From a virus (taxonomy: Duplodnaviria > Caudoviricetes), in IMG/VR virus record IMGVR_UViG_3300012942_001477, positions 1 through 37,321 of that record: a stretch of 37,321 nt of DNA; one strand, given 5' to 3'. Below are positions 7,622 to 17,366 of this stretch, one piece after another (the first letter of the stretch is position 1; each line of letters begins with the position of its first letter). Position numbers and translations under genes: made by a program. Below the pieces are notes generated by a model. The model worked only from the letters and a program-made list of their open reading frames with translations. It was not told where the DNA came from and did not search any database.

Positions 7622-8920
7622 TTGAAGGTTCACGAACTCCAACTCGACAAGCTCAACGCGAACAGGGGCACGAAGCGCGGCCAGAAGGCCATCATTGCAT
7701 CCCTGGAGCGTTTCGGCGCTGGCCGGTCGGTGCTGATCGACAAAGATGGCCGGGTAATCGCTGGCAACCACATTATCGAGAACGCTGCCGTCGCCGGTAT
7801 TGATGAGGTTGTAATCGTGCCGTCAGACGGCACGAAGATCATCGCAGTGCAGCGCACCGATCTATCCCTGGATGATGCAAAGGCGCGAGAGTTGGCGATA
7901 GCCGATAATCGTAGCTCTTCCCTTGGTCTTGAATGGAATCCCGAGATCCTCGGACAGCTTGCCATCGACCTCGATCTGAAGCCGTTCTTCACGGATATTG
8001 AACTTCGTGATGTCATCGGCGCATCATTCGGCGAGACGAATGACGGTGACGGCTGTGAGGTTCCTGTACCCGTAGACCCAGTTGCCAAGCCAGGCGATCT
8101 ATACATGCTTGGTGACCACCGCCTTCTTTGTGGCTCAGCAACCGTTCAAACCGATGTTGATCGTTTGATGGACGGCGAGCTTGCCGACCTCATCTGGACC
8201 GATCCTCCTTACAACGTCTCATACGAAGGCAAGACGAAAGACAAACTGCGCATCGACAACGACTCAATGGGCACAGATGTCTTCCGGTTATTTCTCTATG
8301 ACTCCTTTGTATCGATGATAGCGGCGGCCAAACCCGGCGCTTCGATCTATGTGGCTCACGCCGACCTTGAGGGATACAACTTCAGAGGTTCATTTATAGA
8401 TGCTGGATGGTATTTCGCTCAGTGTCTCGTATGGGTCAAACAGGCGATGGTGCTTGGACGCTCCGATTTCCAGTGGCGTCACGAACCGATCCTGTATGGA
8501 TGGAAGCCAGGAGCAGCGCATTCGTGGTATTCAGACCGCAAGCAGACGACTGTATTAGAGTTTGACCGACCGTCACGAAGTACAGATCATCCGACCATGA
8601 AACCGGTCGAATTGATTCGATACTGTCTCGAGAACTCGTCAAATCGCGGCGATATTGTCCTCGACCTCTTCGGCGGCTCCGGCTCCACGCTGATTGCATG
8701 TGAGGAGACAGGCCGCAGATCCCGGCTAATGGAACTCGATGCTCGGTATGTGGATGTGATCGTTCGGCGCTGGGAAGAGTTGACGGGAAAGAAAGCAGTT
8801 TTATGTCAGCAGGACGACGACCAAAACCCACAGCACTCCACGAACTCGAAGGCACTCGCAACCGGCGGGGCAACAATGAGCCGAAACCTTCTGGAATTCC
8901 CGGCTGCCCAAAGCATCTAG
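7622..8920 (+). CDS. ParB-like N-terminal domain fused to beta-class N6/N4 DNA methyltransferase
   Basis: SLERFGAGRSVLID...IAGNH and LAIADNR (ParB-like); TDPPYNV (motif IV), HPTMKP, DLFGGSGST (motif I). AAGGA RBS supports TTG at 7622 rather than 7532. Confidence 0.92.
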   Translation: MKVHELQLDKLNANRGTKRGQKAIIASLERFGAGRSVLIDKDGRVIAGNHIIENAAVAGIDEVVIVPSDGTKIIAVQRTDLSLDDAKARELAIADNRSSSLGLEWNPEILGQLAIDLDLKPFFTDIELRDVIGASFGETNDGDGCEVPVPVDPVAKPGDLYMLGDHRLLCGSATVQTDVDRLMDGELADLIWTDPPYNVSYEGKTKDKLRIDNDSMGTDVFRLFLYDSFVSMIAAAKPGASIYVAHADLEGYNFRGSFIDAGWYFAQCLVWVKQAMVLGRSDFQWRHEPILYGWKPGAAHSWYSDRKQTTVLEFDRPSRSTDHPTMKPVELIRYCLENSSNRGDIVLDLFGGSGSTLIACEETGRRSRLMELDARYVDVIVRRWEELTGKKAVLCQQDDDQNPQHSTNSKALATGGATMSRNLLEFPAAQSI

Positions 8921-9339
8921 ATAAGGCAGCGAAGGCCGAGTGGAAGAGGATCTCCTCAGAACTCATCGGCCTCGGTCTGCTCACACCGCTTGATAGGGCT
9001 GCTCTGAGTGCATACTGCTCCCTCTGGTCCCGGTGGATCAGCGCCGAGGAAAATATCCAGAAGTTTGGCGCGGTGATCAAGTCTCCCAAGTCCGGCTACC
9101 CAATCCAGAACCCCTATGTGGGCATTGCGAATACGTCGCTCCAGATGATGCACCGATTTCTGATCGAGTTCGGGTTGTCGCCCAGTAGCAGATCGAGAAT
9201 TTCCGTCGAGGCCGCGCCAAAGAGCGCGGACCCATTCACTGAGTTTATGGCCTCCATCGGTGGTGCCGGGGTCGACGGGGCAGAAGTGATATTTGATAAT
9301 GACGAGGCCGAACAGGACATACGCGCAGAGAGCAACTGA
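8803..9339 (+). CDS. terS: Terminase small subunit (P27 family)
   Basis: GRRPKPTAL...LEG, AKAEWKR, DRAALSAYC, QNPYV, EFGLSPSSRSRI. Confidence 0.93.
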   Translation: MSAGRRPKPTALHELEGTRNRRGNNEPKPSGIPGCPKHLDKAAKAEWKRISSELIGLGLLTPLDRAALSAYCSLWSRWISAEENIQKFGAVIKSPKSGYPIQNPYVGIANTSLQMMHRFLIEFGLSPSSRSRISVEAAPKSADPFTEFMASIGGAGVDGAEVIFDNDEAEQDIRAESN

Positions 9340-10969
9340 TTACTGCCGTCGTGTTGTCGCTGGTCAGATTCTCGCGTCGAAGTGGATTCGACTGGCCTGC
9401 CAGCGTCACCTGGACGATCTGAAGGTTACTGGTAGCCGGTGGTACTTCAACGAGGACAAAGCTAACCGGGTCTGCCGCTTCATTGAGTCACTGCCGCTCG
9501 ATAACGGCCAGCCCTTCGCCCTCCAAGATTTCCAGGTATGGCTCGTTTCGAGCCTTATGGGATGGATGGACGACGTCGGCACTCGGAAGTACATCGAAGC
9601 GCTGATCATGATTCCGAAAGGCAACGGCAAGTCGCCGCTTGCTGCGGCTCTCGGCCTCTGGTTCGCTTTCCTTGATAGCCGTCGTAATGCGGAAGTTTAT
9701 TGCGGTGCGCTATCGATGGCGCAGGCGCAGGAAGTATTTACCCCGGCGCGTAACTTCGTCGACTCTCAGCCAGCATTTAGTCGCCTCGGTATCCAGGCGC
9801 TGAAGAAGTCAATCTTCTCGCGCGACGGCTCGCGCTTCGTCCCTGTCATCGGCAAGGGCCGACATGGTGCCCGCCCATATCTGGCGATCTTAGACGAACT
9901 GCACCAGGCGACAACTGCCGACCTCTACGGCACCTTCAAGACCGGCTGCAACAAAACACCGAACTCGCTGATGTTGACCATCAGCACAGCCGGTGTCGCG
10001 TCGATGGAGAATCCCTGCCATCAGCTCCAGATCAAGGCACAGAAGGCTCTCGATGGCTCTTTGCCAGATGAGCGTCTGTTCGCAGCGATCTACTGCGCCG
10101 ATGAGTCGGTTGAGTGGAGTTCAGAAGAAGCGCTTCTGATGGCAAATCCGAATCTTGGCATCAGCAATGACGCCGAGAAGCTGCGCCTCGCTATAGAGGC
10201 AGCGCTTCGGAACCCTGGTGAGCAGAACAATACAAAGGCCATGCATCTCAACATCTGGTCGACTGCTGCGTCGGCCTGGATGAACATGGCGAGTTGGAAT
10301 GCTTGCGCCGACCCTACGCTTAAGATTGAGCATTTCTCAGACGCTGACTGCTGGCTCTCTCTTGACGCTTCGGTAAAAGTCGACCTCTCTGCAATCGTCG
10401 CTCTCTTCAAGCGAGAAATTGACGGGAAGTCACATTACTATGCCTTTGCGCGGACATATCAACACAAGGGGCAGATCAACAGGCCGGAGAACACTCACTA
10501 CCAACGCTGGGTGAAGCAAGGCCACCTGATCGTCGCTGGTGAATCAGCCATCGACTTCCGTCACCTTGAGGATGATCTTGTGGATCTCGTGAAGGCCTTC
10601 CGTGTCGAGGCCTTGTGTTTCGATCCTTCGCATGGTGGTGCTGGGTCTGCGCAAAAGGTTGCCACGGATACAAACGTGACCACCATTGAGACACCGCAGC
10701 GTGCTATATACCTGTCGCCTGCGATGACCGAGCTAGAGTCAGCGGTGGCCGACGGGCGATTCCATTTTAATGATGATCCAGTATTGACGTGGTGCGTCTC
10801 AAATATCGTCACAGAGCTAACGCGAAACGGCATCTACAAAATGCCTGACAAAGAGCGGCCTGAGTACAAGATAGACACCGCAATGGCGCTGCTGTTCGCT
10901 ATGGGGCGCGCCATGCTCATGCCGGTTCAAGAAAAGACCATTACTTACAGAGGGCTCAGGAGCGTTTGA
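9293..10969 (+). CDS. terL: Terminase large subunit
   Basis: Walker A IPKGNGKS, Walker B LAILDELH, ISTAG, ANPNLG, nuclease DASVKVD and KIDTAMA; ATG at 9299 is an alternative start. Confidence 0.96.
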   Translation: MIMTRPNRTYAQRATDYCRRVVAGQILASKWIRLACQRHLDDLKVTGSRWYFNEDKANRVCRFIESLPLDNGQPFALQDFQVWLVSSLMGWMDDVGTRKYIEALIMIPKGNGKSPLAAALGLWFAFLDSRRNAEVYCGALSMAQAQEVFTPARNFVDSQPAFSRLGIQALKKSIFSRDGSRFVPVIGKGRHGARPYLAILDELHQATTADLYGTFKTGCNKTPNSLMLTISTAGVASMENPCHQLQIKAQKALDGSLPDERLFAAIYCADESVEWSSEEALLMANPNLGISNDAEKLRLAIEAALRNPGEQNNTKAMHLNIWSTAASAWMNMASWNACADPTLKIEHFSDADCWLSLDASVKVDLSAIVALFKREIDGKSHYYAFARTYQHKGQINRPENTHYQRWVKQGHLIVAGESAIDFRHLEDDLVDLVKAFRVEALCFDPSHGGAGSAQKVATDTNVTTIETPQRAIYLSPAMTELESAVADGRFHFNDDPVLTWCVSNIVTELTRNGIYKMPDKERPEYKIDTAMALLFAMGRAMLMPVQEKTITYRGLRSV

Positions 10970-12306
10970 TGTTTGAAGGAATCAAAGGTGCGATCAAAGA
11001 TCTAGTAGACCGCACCGACGCTCCGCTCTCCATCCGACCGGAAACCAAAGCTGCCGACTTCTCCTTCGACACTGTTTCGGCTGGATGGTACGGGCGCAAT
11101 GGCTATCCGCGCATCTACGCTGCGCTGGCCGGTGGACTCCCCGCCTGGAGCGGGGAGCCTGTCTCGACGGCGACCTCACTAGGGCTTTCCGCTGCCTGGG
11201 CATGTAATCGCGTGATCTCGGAGTCTGTTGGTTTCCTGCCGTTGCTCATGATGCAGGAGCGAAATGGAAAAAAGGAAGCAGCGACCGCTCACCCGATCTA
11301 TTCAGCGCTCAAGTTTGCGCCGAACGCCGAGATCACATCACAGAATTTCACCGAGCTGCTGACGTCCCACTGTGTACTCCAGGGGAACAGCTATAGCCGG
11401 ATCATTCGTAGATCCGGAACCGGTACAGCGATGGAGATGTATCCGCTATCTACGGAGAACGTCTACCCGGACAGGGAAAAGACCGGACAGAAACGCCTCG
11501 TCTATGTACTGAAAGAGGCCAATCAGCCGGATAAGACGTTTACAGTCGAACGCGGCAAGCCACAAGACCTGCTACATATCAGGGGACTTGGGTGGGACGG
11601 CCTCCGAGGTTACTCCGTCATTGCAATGGCCCGGCAGTCCTTTGGGACTGCGATTGCGCAGGAGCGCAATGTCGCCAACTTCTATGCAAATGGCGGTCGT
11701 GTTCCATACGTGCTGAAACATGAAAACCATTTTGCCAACGAGCAGGACTTCGACCGTTTCCGGGCTGACTGGGATAAGACTTACTCGCAGCCACACAAGG
11801 CACCGATCCTGGAAGATGGTCTTGACTACCAGCAGATTGGCTTATCGGCGGCAGACGCTCAGCTCATCGAGTCCCGTCAGTTCACTATTCCCGAGATCTG
11901 CCGCTGGTTCAGCGTAAGCCCGCATCTTGTCGGTGACCTAAGCCGGGCAACGTTTGCGAACATCGAGTCCCTGGCCGACCAGTTTGTTCGCTTCACGCTG
12001 ATGACTTGGCTTACCCGTTGGGAGCAGGAGCTGTGGCGGTGTGTGCTCACTCCGGACGAGCAGGCTCAGGGCTATTACTTCCGGCACGATCTGACTGCAC
12101 TGCTTCGTTCCGAGTTTCAGGCCAGGATGCAGGGCTATGCAACGCTCCTCCAAAACGGCATCGAGTCCATCAACGAGGTACGCGGTCACGAAGGACTGAA
12201 TCCGATTGCCGGTGGTGATGAACACCATGTCCAGGTCAATTTGATGCCTGTATCCGATAGCGGAGCGTCCAGCTCCGCGCGTGTAAAGGTCGGAAGCGAC
12301 AAGTAA
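10969..12306 (+). CDS. HK97-family portal protein
   Basis: LQGNSY, LLHIRGLGWDGLRGYS, DAQLIESRQF...EICRWF, SINEVRGHEGLNPIAGGD; TGATG coupling to terL. Confidence 0.95.
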   Translation: MFEGIKGAIKDLVDRTDAPLSIRPETKAADFSFDTVSAGWYGRNGYPRIYAALAGGLPAWSGEPVSTATSLGLSAAWACNRVISESVGFLPLLMMQERNGKKEAATAHPIYSALKFAPNAEITSQNFTELLTSHCVLQGNSYSRIIRRSGTGTAMEMYPLSTENVYPDREKTGQKRLVYVLKEANQPDKTFTVERGKPQDLLHIRGLGWDGLRGYSVIAMARQSFGTAIAQERNVANFYANGGRVPYVLKHENHFANEQDFDRFRADWDKTYSQPHKAPILEDGLDYQQIGLSAADAQLIESRQFTIPEICRWFSVSPHLVGDLSRATFANIESLADQFVRFTLMTWLTRWEQELWRCVLTPDEQAQGYYFRHDLTALLRSEFQARMQGYATLLQNGIESINEVRGHEGLNPIAGGDEHHVQVNLMPVSDSGASSSARVKVGSDK

Positions 12307-12323
12307 CAAGGAATCCACAAACG

Positions 12324-13190
12324 ATGAAGAACAAACAGCAGCATCTTCGGATGCAGGTTAAAGCCCTGTCCGACGACGGAACCTTCGACGGCATCTTGTC
12401 TCCTTACGGCAATGTGGATGAGGGCGGTGATTGCGTCGATTCAGGAGCCTTCACAAAGACGCTCCAGGAGAACGGCAGCAATGTTCCCATGCTCTGGCAG
12501 CATAAGACTGACTGCCCCATCGGTGAACTCACCCTCTCTGATCGGCCCGATGGCCTCTACTGCTCCGGAAAGCTGTTGCTCGATATTCCAGAGGCGCAGA
12601 AGGCTTATTCGCTACTGAAGGCGGGTATCGTCAAGGGTCTCTCAATCGGATACGAGGCGATCAAGGCCCAGGTAATTGGCGGTGTCCGGCACCTGAAGGA
12701 AATTCGCCTGTACGAAGGATCGATCGTTACCTTCCCGATGAACACGCTGGCAACTGTGACTTCGGTAAAGTCGCATGAGGAAAAGGGTGATTTCAGCGAC
12801 GAACTGCTGGAGATCCAGCTCCGCGCAACGGGCGATCAACTGCTCTGGGCGCTATCCTGCGCTCTTGGCCCGATCCCCTGGTCCGGTGTCTCTCGTGACG
12901 AGATGATCTCTCTGGCTGAGACGGTCATTGATCAATTCCGCGAGGCATACATGCAGTACCTGCCTCAGTACCTCGACTATCTGAGCCGAGAGTACGGCAT
13001 GGATACGAAGGGCTGGTCGGAACACGAAACGAAGACTCGCCAATCTCCCGCAATACTTTTGAACGCACTCAAGTCAGACGGAGCCGGTAATACCACTCCC
13101 GAAGACGGAGCCGCGATGGAACACAAGTCCGAGCCGGATACCCACTCGGCAGCCTCAATCCTTACTTCGATGCGCTCGCTGTTCAACTGA
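12324..13190 (+). CDS. HK97-family prohead protease with C-terminal extension
   Basis: GAFTKTL, MLWQH...PIG, GLSIGY, EGSIVTFPMN. Confidence 0.95.
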   Translation: MKNKQQHLRMQVKALSDDGTFDGILSPYGNVDEGGDCVDSGAFTKTLQENGSNVPMLWQHKTDCPIGELTLSDRPDGLYCSGKLLLDIPEAQKAYSLLKAGIVKGLSIGYEAIKAQVIGGVRHLKEIRLYEGSIVTFPMNTLATVTSVKSHEEKGDFSDELLEIQLRATGDQLLWALSCALGPIPWSGVSRDEMISLAETVIDQFREAYMQYLPQYLDYLSREYGMDTKGWSEHETKTRQSPAILLNALKSDGAGNTTPEDGAAMEHKSEPDTHSAASILTSMRSLFN

Positions 13191-13242
13191 CGCGGCCATC
13201 CACAATCTCCAAAATTCCACCTTTAAAAAGGAAGTGTCCCAT

Positions 13243-14400
13243 ATGGACCTGACTCAGGAACTTTCTGCGCTTCAGAACGATCTGAAGGGCTATGTCTCCA
13301 AAGCCGCCGAGGAGAAGACTCAGTTCGGCACGATGCTCGGCGAGACCAAGACAGCCGTCGAAAATATTCAGAAGCAGATCGACGCGCTCGACCTCAAACT
13401 GGCCGAGAAGGCTTTCGGCGCTCCCGACAAGTCTCTCGCCGATGAGCTGAAGGAGAACGAGGACATCGCTCGTCTGCTCCGCAATCGCAAGGGCTCCGCC
13501 GCGATCACGCTGAAGGCCCGCGACTTCGCCACCAAGACGACCATCTCCGGAACCGCCGTGGGTGCGCAGACGACCGGCGTCCTCCAGATCGACCGGATTT
13601 CCGGCATCACCGAGGAAGCTCGCCAGGCCCTGACCATCCGTGATGTGCTCTATGCGCGTCCGACGCAGCTTGCGCTGGTCGATTTCGTGAAGGTTGGCAC
13701 CAAGCCGTCCGCCGGATCGATGACCGCAGAAGGAAATGCGATCACCGAGAACGCGGTTACGTTCACTGCTGCGTCCGAGAAGGTTCGCACCGTTGCGACG
13801 TTTATCCCGGCGACTCGCCAGATTCTGGACGACTTCTCCGAACTGGCCGGTTACATTACCTCCTCGCTGCCGTACTACGTGAACCTGGAGGAGGAGCTTC
13901 AGCTTCTGTCGGGCGATAATACCGGCGAGAATCTGCACGGCCTCATCACCCAGGCGTCGGCCTATGACACCGACCTCGATATCGCCAACGACACCCGGAT
14001 CGACAAGATCGGCCACGCGATCTCCCAGATTGCGGCGGCGAAGGAACTGGACCCCACCTTCATCGCATTGAACACCGCCGACTGGTGGGCGATTCGTCTG
14101 ACCAAGGACAACTATGGTCGTTACATTCTGGGTGATCCCCAGGCCAATGTGACGCCGTCGCTGTTCGGAGTCCGTGTGGTTCCGACGACTTCGGTCACCG
14201 CGAACAACTTCCTGGTTGGCACCGGGGTCGCTCCGGCTGCTGAGATCCGCGACCGAATGGAAATGACGGTCGAGATCAGCACCGAGCACGCGGACTACTT
14301 CGCAAAGAACCTGGTGGCTATCCGCGCCGAGAAACGCATGGCCCTGGTGGTCAAGCGTCCTGGTGCTTTCGTCACTGGTAGTTTCGTCTCCGGTACCTAA
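13243..14400 (+). CDS. Major capsid protein (HK97 fold)
   Basis: N-terminal coiled-coil delta domain; TRQILDD, EEELQLLSGD, KDNYGRYI, LFGVRVV, FAKNLVAIRAEKR; ATG 13243 follows AAAAGGAAG. Confidence 0.96.
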   Translation: MDLTQELSALQNDLKGYVSKAAEEKTQFGTMLGETKTAVENIQKQIDALDLKLAEKAFGAPDKSLADELKENEDIARLLRNRKGSAAITLKARDFATKTTISGTAVGAQTTGVLQIDRISGITEEARQALTIRDVLYARPTQLALVDFVKVGTKPSAGSMTAEGNAITENAVTFTAASEKVRTVATFIPATRQILDDFSELAGYITSSLPYYVNLEEELQLLSGDNTGENLHGLITQASAYDTDLDIANDTRIDKIGHAISQIAAAKELDPTFIALNTADWWAIRLTKDNYGRYILGDPQANVTPSLFGVRVVPTTSVTANNFLVGTGVAPAAEIRDRMEMTVEISTEHADYFAKNLVAIRAEKRMALVVKRPGAFVTGSFVSGT

Positions 14401-14407
14401 GCCATAA

Positions 14408-14440
14408 GCCGGACGGGTGGAAATCCCGTCCGGCCTTAAT
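14408..14440 (+). terminator. Stem-loop after capsid gene (terminator or mRNA stabiliser)
   Basis: GCCGGACGGG (14408-14417) / CCCGTCCGGC (14425-14434); weak T tail. Confidence 0.65.
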
Positions 14441-14453
14441 TAAGGACTGTCCC

Positions 14454-14678
14454 ATGATTGTTATCCCTCTTCGCCAATTGCGCGGATCACACGGGACGCT
14501 TGTGCCTGGTAGGGAATACAACATCTCTGACGAGTTGGCGAACGACCTGCTGAATCGTGGTCTTGCGACCATGCCCGCCGAAGCCAAGGTCATCACCCCG
14601 TCTTCGACGCAGGACATAACCCCAGCAGATATACCAGCGCCACGCAAGCGAAGCACCAAGGCCAAGGTTCAGGAATGA
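14454..14678 (+). CDS. Small head-associated protein
   Basis: AAGGA RBS; position after capsid; PGREYNISDELANDLLNRGLA followed by a low-complexity basic tail. Confidence 0.7.
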   Translation: MIVIPLRQLRGSHGTLVPGREYNISDELANDLLNRGLATMPAEAKVITPSSTQDITPADIPAPRKRSTKAKVQE

Positions 14679-15346
14679 TCTATCCCTACGGTTACCCGTA
14701 CATCTCGCGTTATGACTCGACCTACGACGAGTTTGGGACCCTGCGGTTAACTGAGGGAGCGACGCCGCAGGTTTTCACCGAGCCGCTCGAACTCGCCGAT
14801 ATCAAGAACTATCTCCGCATCGATCCGGAGGTAAACGATGACGATTACCTCATCACTGTCTTGATCTCCGGAGCCCGTGAACAGGCGGAGATTCTTCAGG
14901 GCCGTGATCTCGTCCGCAAGCAATATGACCTCAGCTACGACTACTGGCCGCAATACCGTGTTGCACTACGCGCGCCGACCGTCTCCGTCGATCTGGTGCA
15001 GTACAAGGATCTTAGTGGAAAAGTGACGACGATGGCCGAGGGTAGCGACTACATCGTCGACCTCGCCAAACAGCCTGCGATCATCACACCTCCTTGGAAC
15101 ATCTCATGGCCTTCGTTTACACCCTGGCCTTCCTCTGCGATCACTATTCGCTTTACGAGTGGGTATGGCAAGGATTCACCCTTCTGGTTCGGCTCTGGTG
15201 CTCGCCTTAAGGCGGGCATGATGTTGTTGATTTCGTCGTGGTATGAGAAACGTCTGCCTTTTGAGACTGGCATCGGTGCAACCAATGAATATCCCTACGC
15301 AGTGACATCGTGCCTGACATACGGATCTCTCCGGAGGCCGCGATGA
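14675..15346 (+). CDS. Head-tail connector (HK97 gp6 / phiE125 gp8-like)
   Basis: EPLELADIKNYLRID...DDYLITVLISGARE; TIRFTSGYG; LLISSWYEKR. Confidence 0.9.
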   Translation: MIYPYGYPYISRYDSTYDEFGTLRLTEGATPQVFTEPLELADIKNYLRIDPEVNDDDYLITVLISGAREQAEILQGRDLVRKQYDLSYDYWPQYRVALRAPTVSVDLVQYKDLSGKVTTMAEGSDYIVDLAKQPAIITPPWNISWPSFTPWPSSAITIRFTSGYGKDSPFWFGSGARLKAGMMLLISSWYEKRLPFETGIGATNEYPYAVTSCLTYGSLRRPR

Positions 15347-15672
15347 ATCCAGGCAGACTGAACAAGCGAGTTACTATCCAGTCACCTTCCGAATCGCAAG
15401 ACGAGTACGGTCAGCCGACGCAGGATTGGACTGACGTTTGTTCCACTTGGGCCGGTATTCGAGCGGCTACTTCAAAAGAAGTTTATGCGGCCAGCTCTTT
15501 CGTGTCGAAGGTGTCTCATGTTGTCACGATCAGATGGAGATCTGGTATTGAGGCGGACCAGCGGATTCTTTATCGGAGCCGGATTTTCGAGATCCAAGCC
15601 GTCTCAGACCCTGACGAGTCCCGCGTAGAACTGAATCTCCTCTCCCTCGAAATTGATGGAACCTCTGCATGA
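15343..15672 (+). CDS. Head closure protein (SPP1 gp16-like)
   Basis: ATG at 15343 after GGAGG; MNPGRLNKRVTIQ...DEYGQ...W...TWA...TIRWR. Confidence 0.9.
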   Translation: MNPGRLNKRVTIQSPSESQDEYGQPTQDWTDVCSTWAGIRAATSKEVYAASSFVSKVSHVVTIRWRSGIEADQRILYRSRIFEIQAVSDPDESRVELNLLSLEIDGTSA

Positions 15673-16064
15673 CTCCTGCTGACATTTTTATGACTGCGCT
15701 CTGTCTCTGGAGAGAAGCGCGAGGTGAGAGCGAGCAAGGCACGACCGCCGTCGGCTGTGTGATTCGTAACCGCGCCGCCAAACATAAGACCTCGCCCTAT
15801 GCCGAGATCGTCAGACCATGGGCTTTCTCTTCCATCACCGCTCATGGTGATCCTCAGCTATCCACCTGGCCGAAAGAGAGTGATCCAACATGGATCGCAG
15901 CTCAGAAGATTGCAGCGACGGTCCTGAATGAATCCGCTCCCGACGTGACCGGTGGCGCGACGCTTTACTACGACGACTCGATTTCGTTCCCGAAGACCTG
16001 GAACCGCGCTGCTGTGGAGCCGACTGTAAAACTTGGACGCCTGAACTTCTATAGGGAGGTGTAA
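15669..16064 (+). CDS. Cell-wall hydrolase, SleB/Hydrolase_2 family (probable endolysin)
   Basis: LCLWREARGE...AVGCVIRNR...FS...DVTGGATLYY...W...G...FY. Confidence 0.88.
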   Translation: MTPADIFMTALCLWREARGESEQGTTAVGCVIRNRAAKHKTSPYAEIVRPWAFSSITAHGDPQLSTWPKESDPTWIAAQKIAATVLNESAPDVTGGATLYYDDSISFPKTWNRAAVEPTVKLGRLNFYREV

Positions 16065-16441
16065 TGGGACTCGAAGCACACCTCCACCAACTCCTGGCCG
16101 ACTCCACTGACCTGGCAGATGTGCGGGTCTATCCGGTGCTACTACCCGAGGAACCCCAGCTCCCAGCGATCACCTATCAGCGCATCAGTACTACTCGCAG
16201 TTATACGACGTCTGGACCTGTCGCCCTCAACCGGGTGCGGATTCAGTTCGATTGCTGGTCGCACACATACGCTCAAGTGAAGCAGCTCCAGGCTGCTCTT
16301 CTCTCCACCCTGGAAGACCGCAGTCTCTATGCCGATACAAACATTGATTCGATCACGCTGATCACTGCCGTCGATGGCTACGAGCAGGAAGCTCGCTTGT
16401 ATCGAGTCTTCCTCGACTTCTATATCAATGTGACCGAATAA
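16064..16441 (+). CDS. Tail terminator (DUF3168-like)
   Basis: RVYPVLLPE...LPAITYQRIS, RIQFDCWS; directly before the tube gene. Confidence 0.85.
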   Translation: MGLEAHLHQLLADSTDLADVRVYPVLLPEEPQLPAITYQRISTTRSYTTSGPVALNRVRIQFDCWSHTYAQVKQLQAALLSTLEDRSLYADTNIDSITLITAVDGYEQEARLYRVFLDFYINVTE

Positions 16442-16462
16442 GTCACTCCTCATCCTCATCAT

Positions 16463-16482
16463 GGCCCGGTTCAGACCGGGCC
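16463..16482 (+). other. Intergenic hairpin upstream of tail tube gene
   Basis: GGCCCGGT-TCAG-ACCGGGCC perfect 8-bp stem. Confidence 0.55.
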
Positions 16483-16520
16483 TTCGCATTTAACAACTCA
16501 ATTCTTTGGAGCTGTACACA

Positions 16521-17003
16521 ATGTCTGATCCCATCCTTACCCCTACTTACGGCGTCGCGCCTGCTGTCACTGGCTTCGGCGACGTAATCTTTATCTCTGC
16601 CGACGGCGGAACGACCTTTAAGCAGCTCATGCACACGAAGGGAATCAAGTACAACGGCCAGCAGAAAAACAAGATCGACACCTCCACGACTACGAATACC
16701 GGGGGTTACCAGTCCTCCATCGGCGCTTTGAAGGATCCCGGAACGCTTGATTTTTCGATGATCTTCGACCCCTCCGACGCGGCTCAGTTGCTCTTGATCA
16801 GCTCCTACGATTCAGATATCACCCTTCAGGTCAGGCACGTTTACCATGCGACACCCGGCTACTCCTCGGGAAGAATTAACGCCTTCGATGCATGGGTGCA
16901 GAAGTGTCCGGTGCCTTCAAGTGATGAGTCGGCTGTGACCGCGATGGATGTTTCGCTCCAGGTTACGGGGCCTATCACCGTAACCGACGCAGTAGCGGAG
17001 TAA
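16521..17003 (+). CDS. Tail tube (major tail) protein
   Basis: IDTST...GALKDPGTLDF...SLQVTGP, a lambda gpV / TP901-like pattern; GGAG RBS before ATG 16521. Confidence 0.85.
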   Translation: MSDPILTPTYGVAPAVTGFGDVIFISADGGTTFKQLMHTKGIKYNGQQKNKIDTSTTTNTGGYQSSIGALKDPGTLDFSMIFDPSDAAQLLLISSYDSDITLQVRHVYHATPGYSSGRINAFDAWVQKCPVPSSDESAVTAMDVSLQVTGPITVTDAVAE

Positions 17004-17006
17004 TCA

Positions 17007-17366
17007 ATGGCCCAGGTTTTCAATGCAAGCACTAACCCGACCTTGCCCTCGGTAGCAATCGTGATTGGGGGCAAGGAACGCCCGATGGCGTTCTGCTATA
17101 AGGCTATCGCCGCTCTGGAAGGCAAGCACCAGCAGAGTGTCGGTGAACTGCTCGGTAAGGTTGATCGACTCTCCCTTGCCACTGACCTGCTTCACGCTGC
17201 ACTTTGGCGTGACGATCAGACACTTACGGTCGAGCAGGTATCCACATGGGTAACCTTTCATAACCTTCGTCCGATTCAGGATGCATTACTCGCTACCTGG
17301 TTTGGTTCGTTGCCGGATAAGGATGAAAGCTCGGGGGAAGCGGAGGCTCAGGCGACCGAGGCCTGA
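17007..17366 (+). CDS. Tail assembly chaperone (gpG-like)
   Basis: Position after tube gene; slippery G GGG GAA near its 3' end. Confidence 0.8.
   Translation: MAQVFNASTNPTLPSVAIVIGGKERPMAFCYKAIAALEGKHQQSVGELLGKVDRLSLATDLLHAALWRDDQTLTVEQVSTWVTFHNLRPIQDALLATWFGSLPDKDESSGEAEAQATEA

Noticed and set aside
8436-9089. 217-aa reverse ORF over MTase/terS and similar shadow ORFs in structural genes
   Set aside because: Antisense to well-supported genes, with no independent coding signal.
13183-14289. 368-aa antisense ORF over the capsid gene
   Set aside because: Mirror frame of a strongly codon-biased GC-rich gene; no motifs or RBS.
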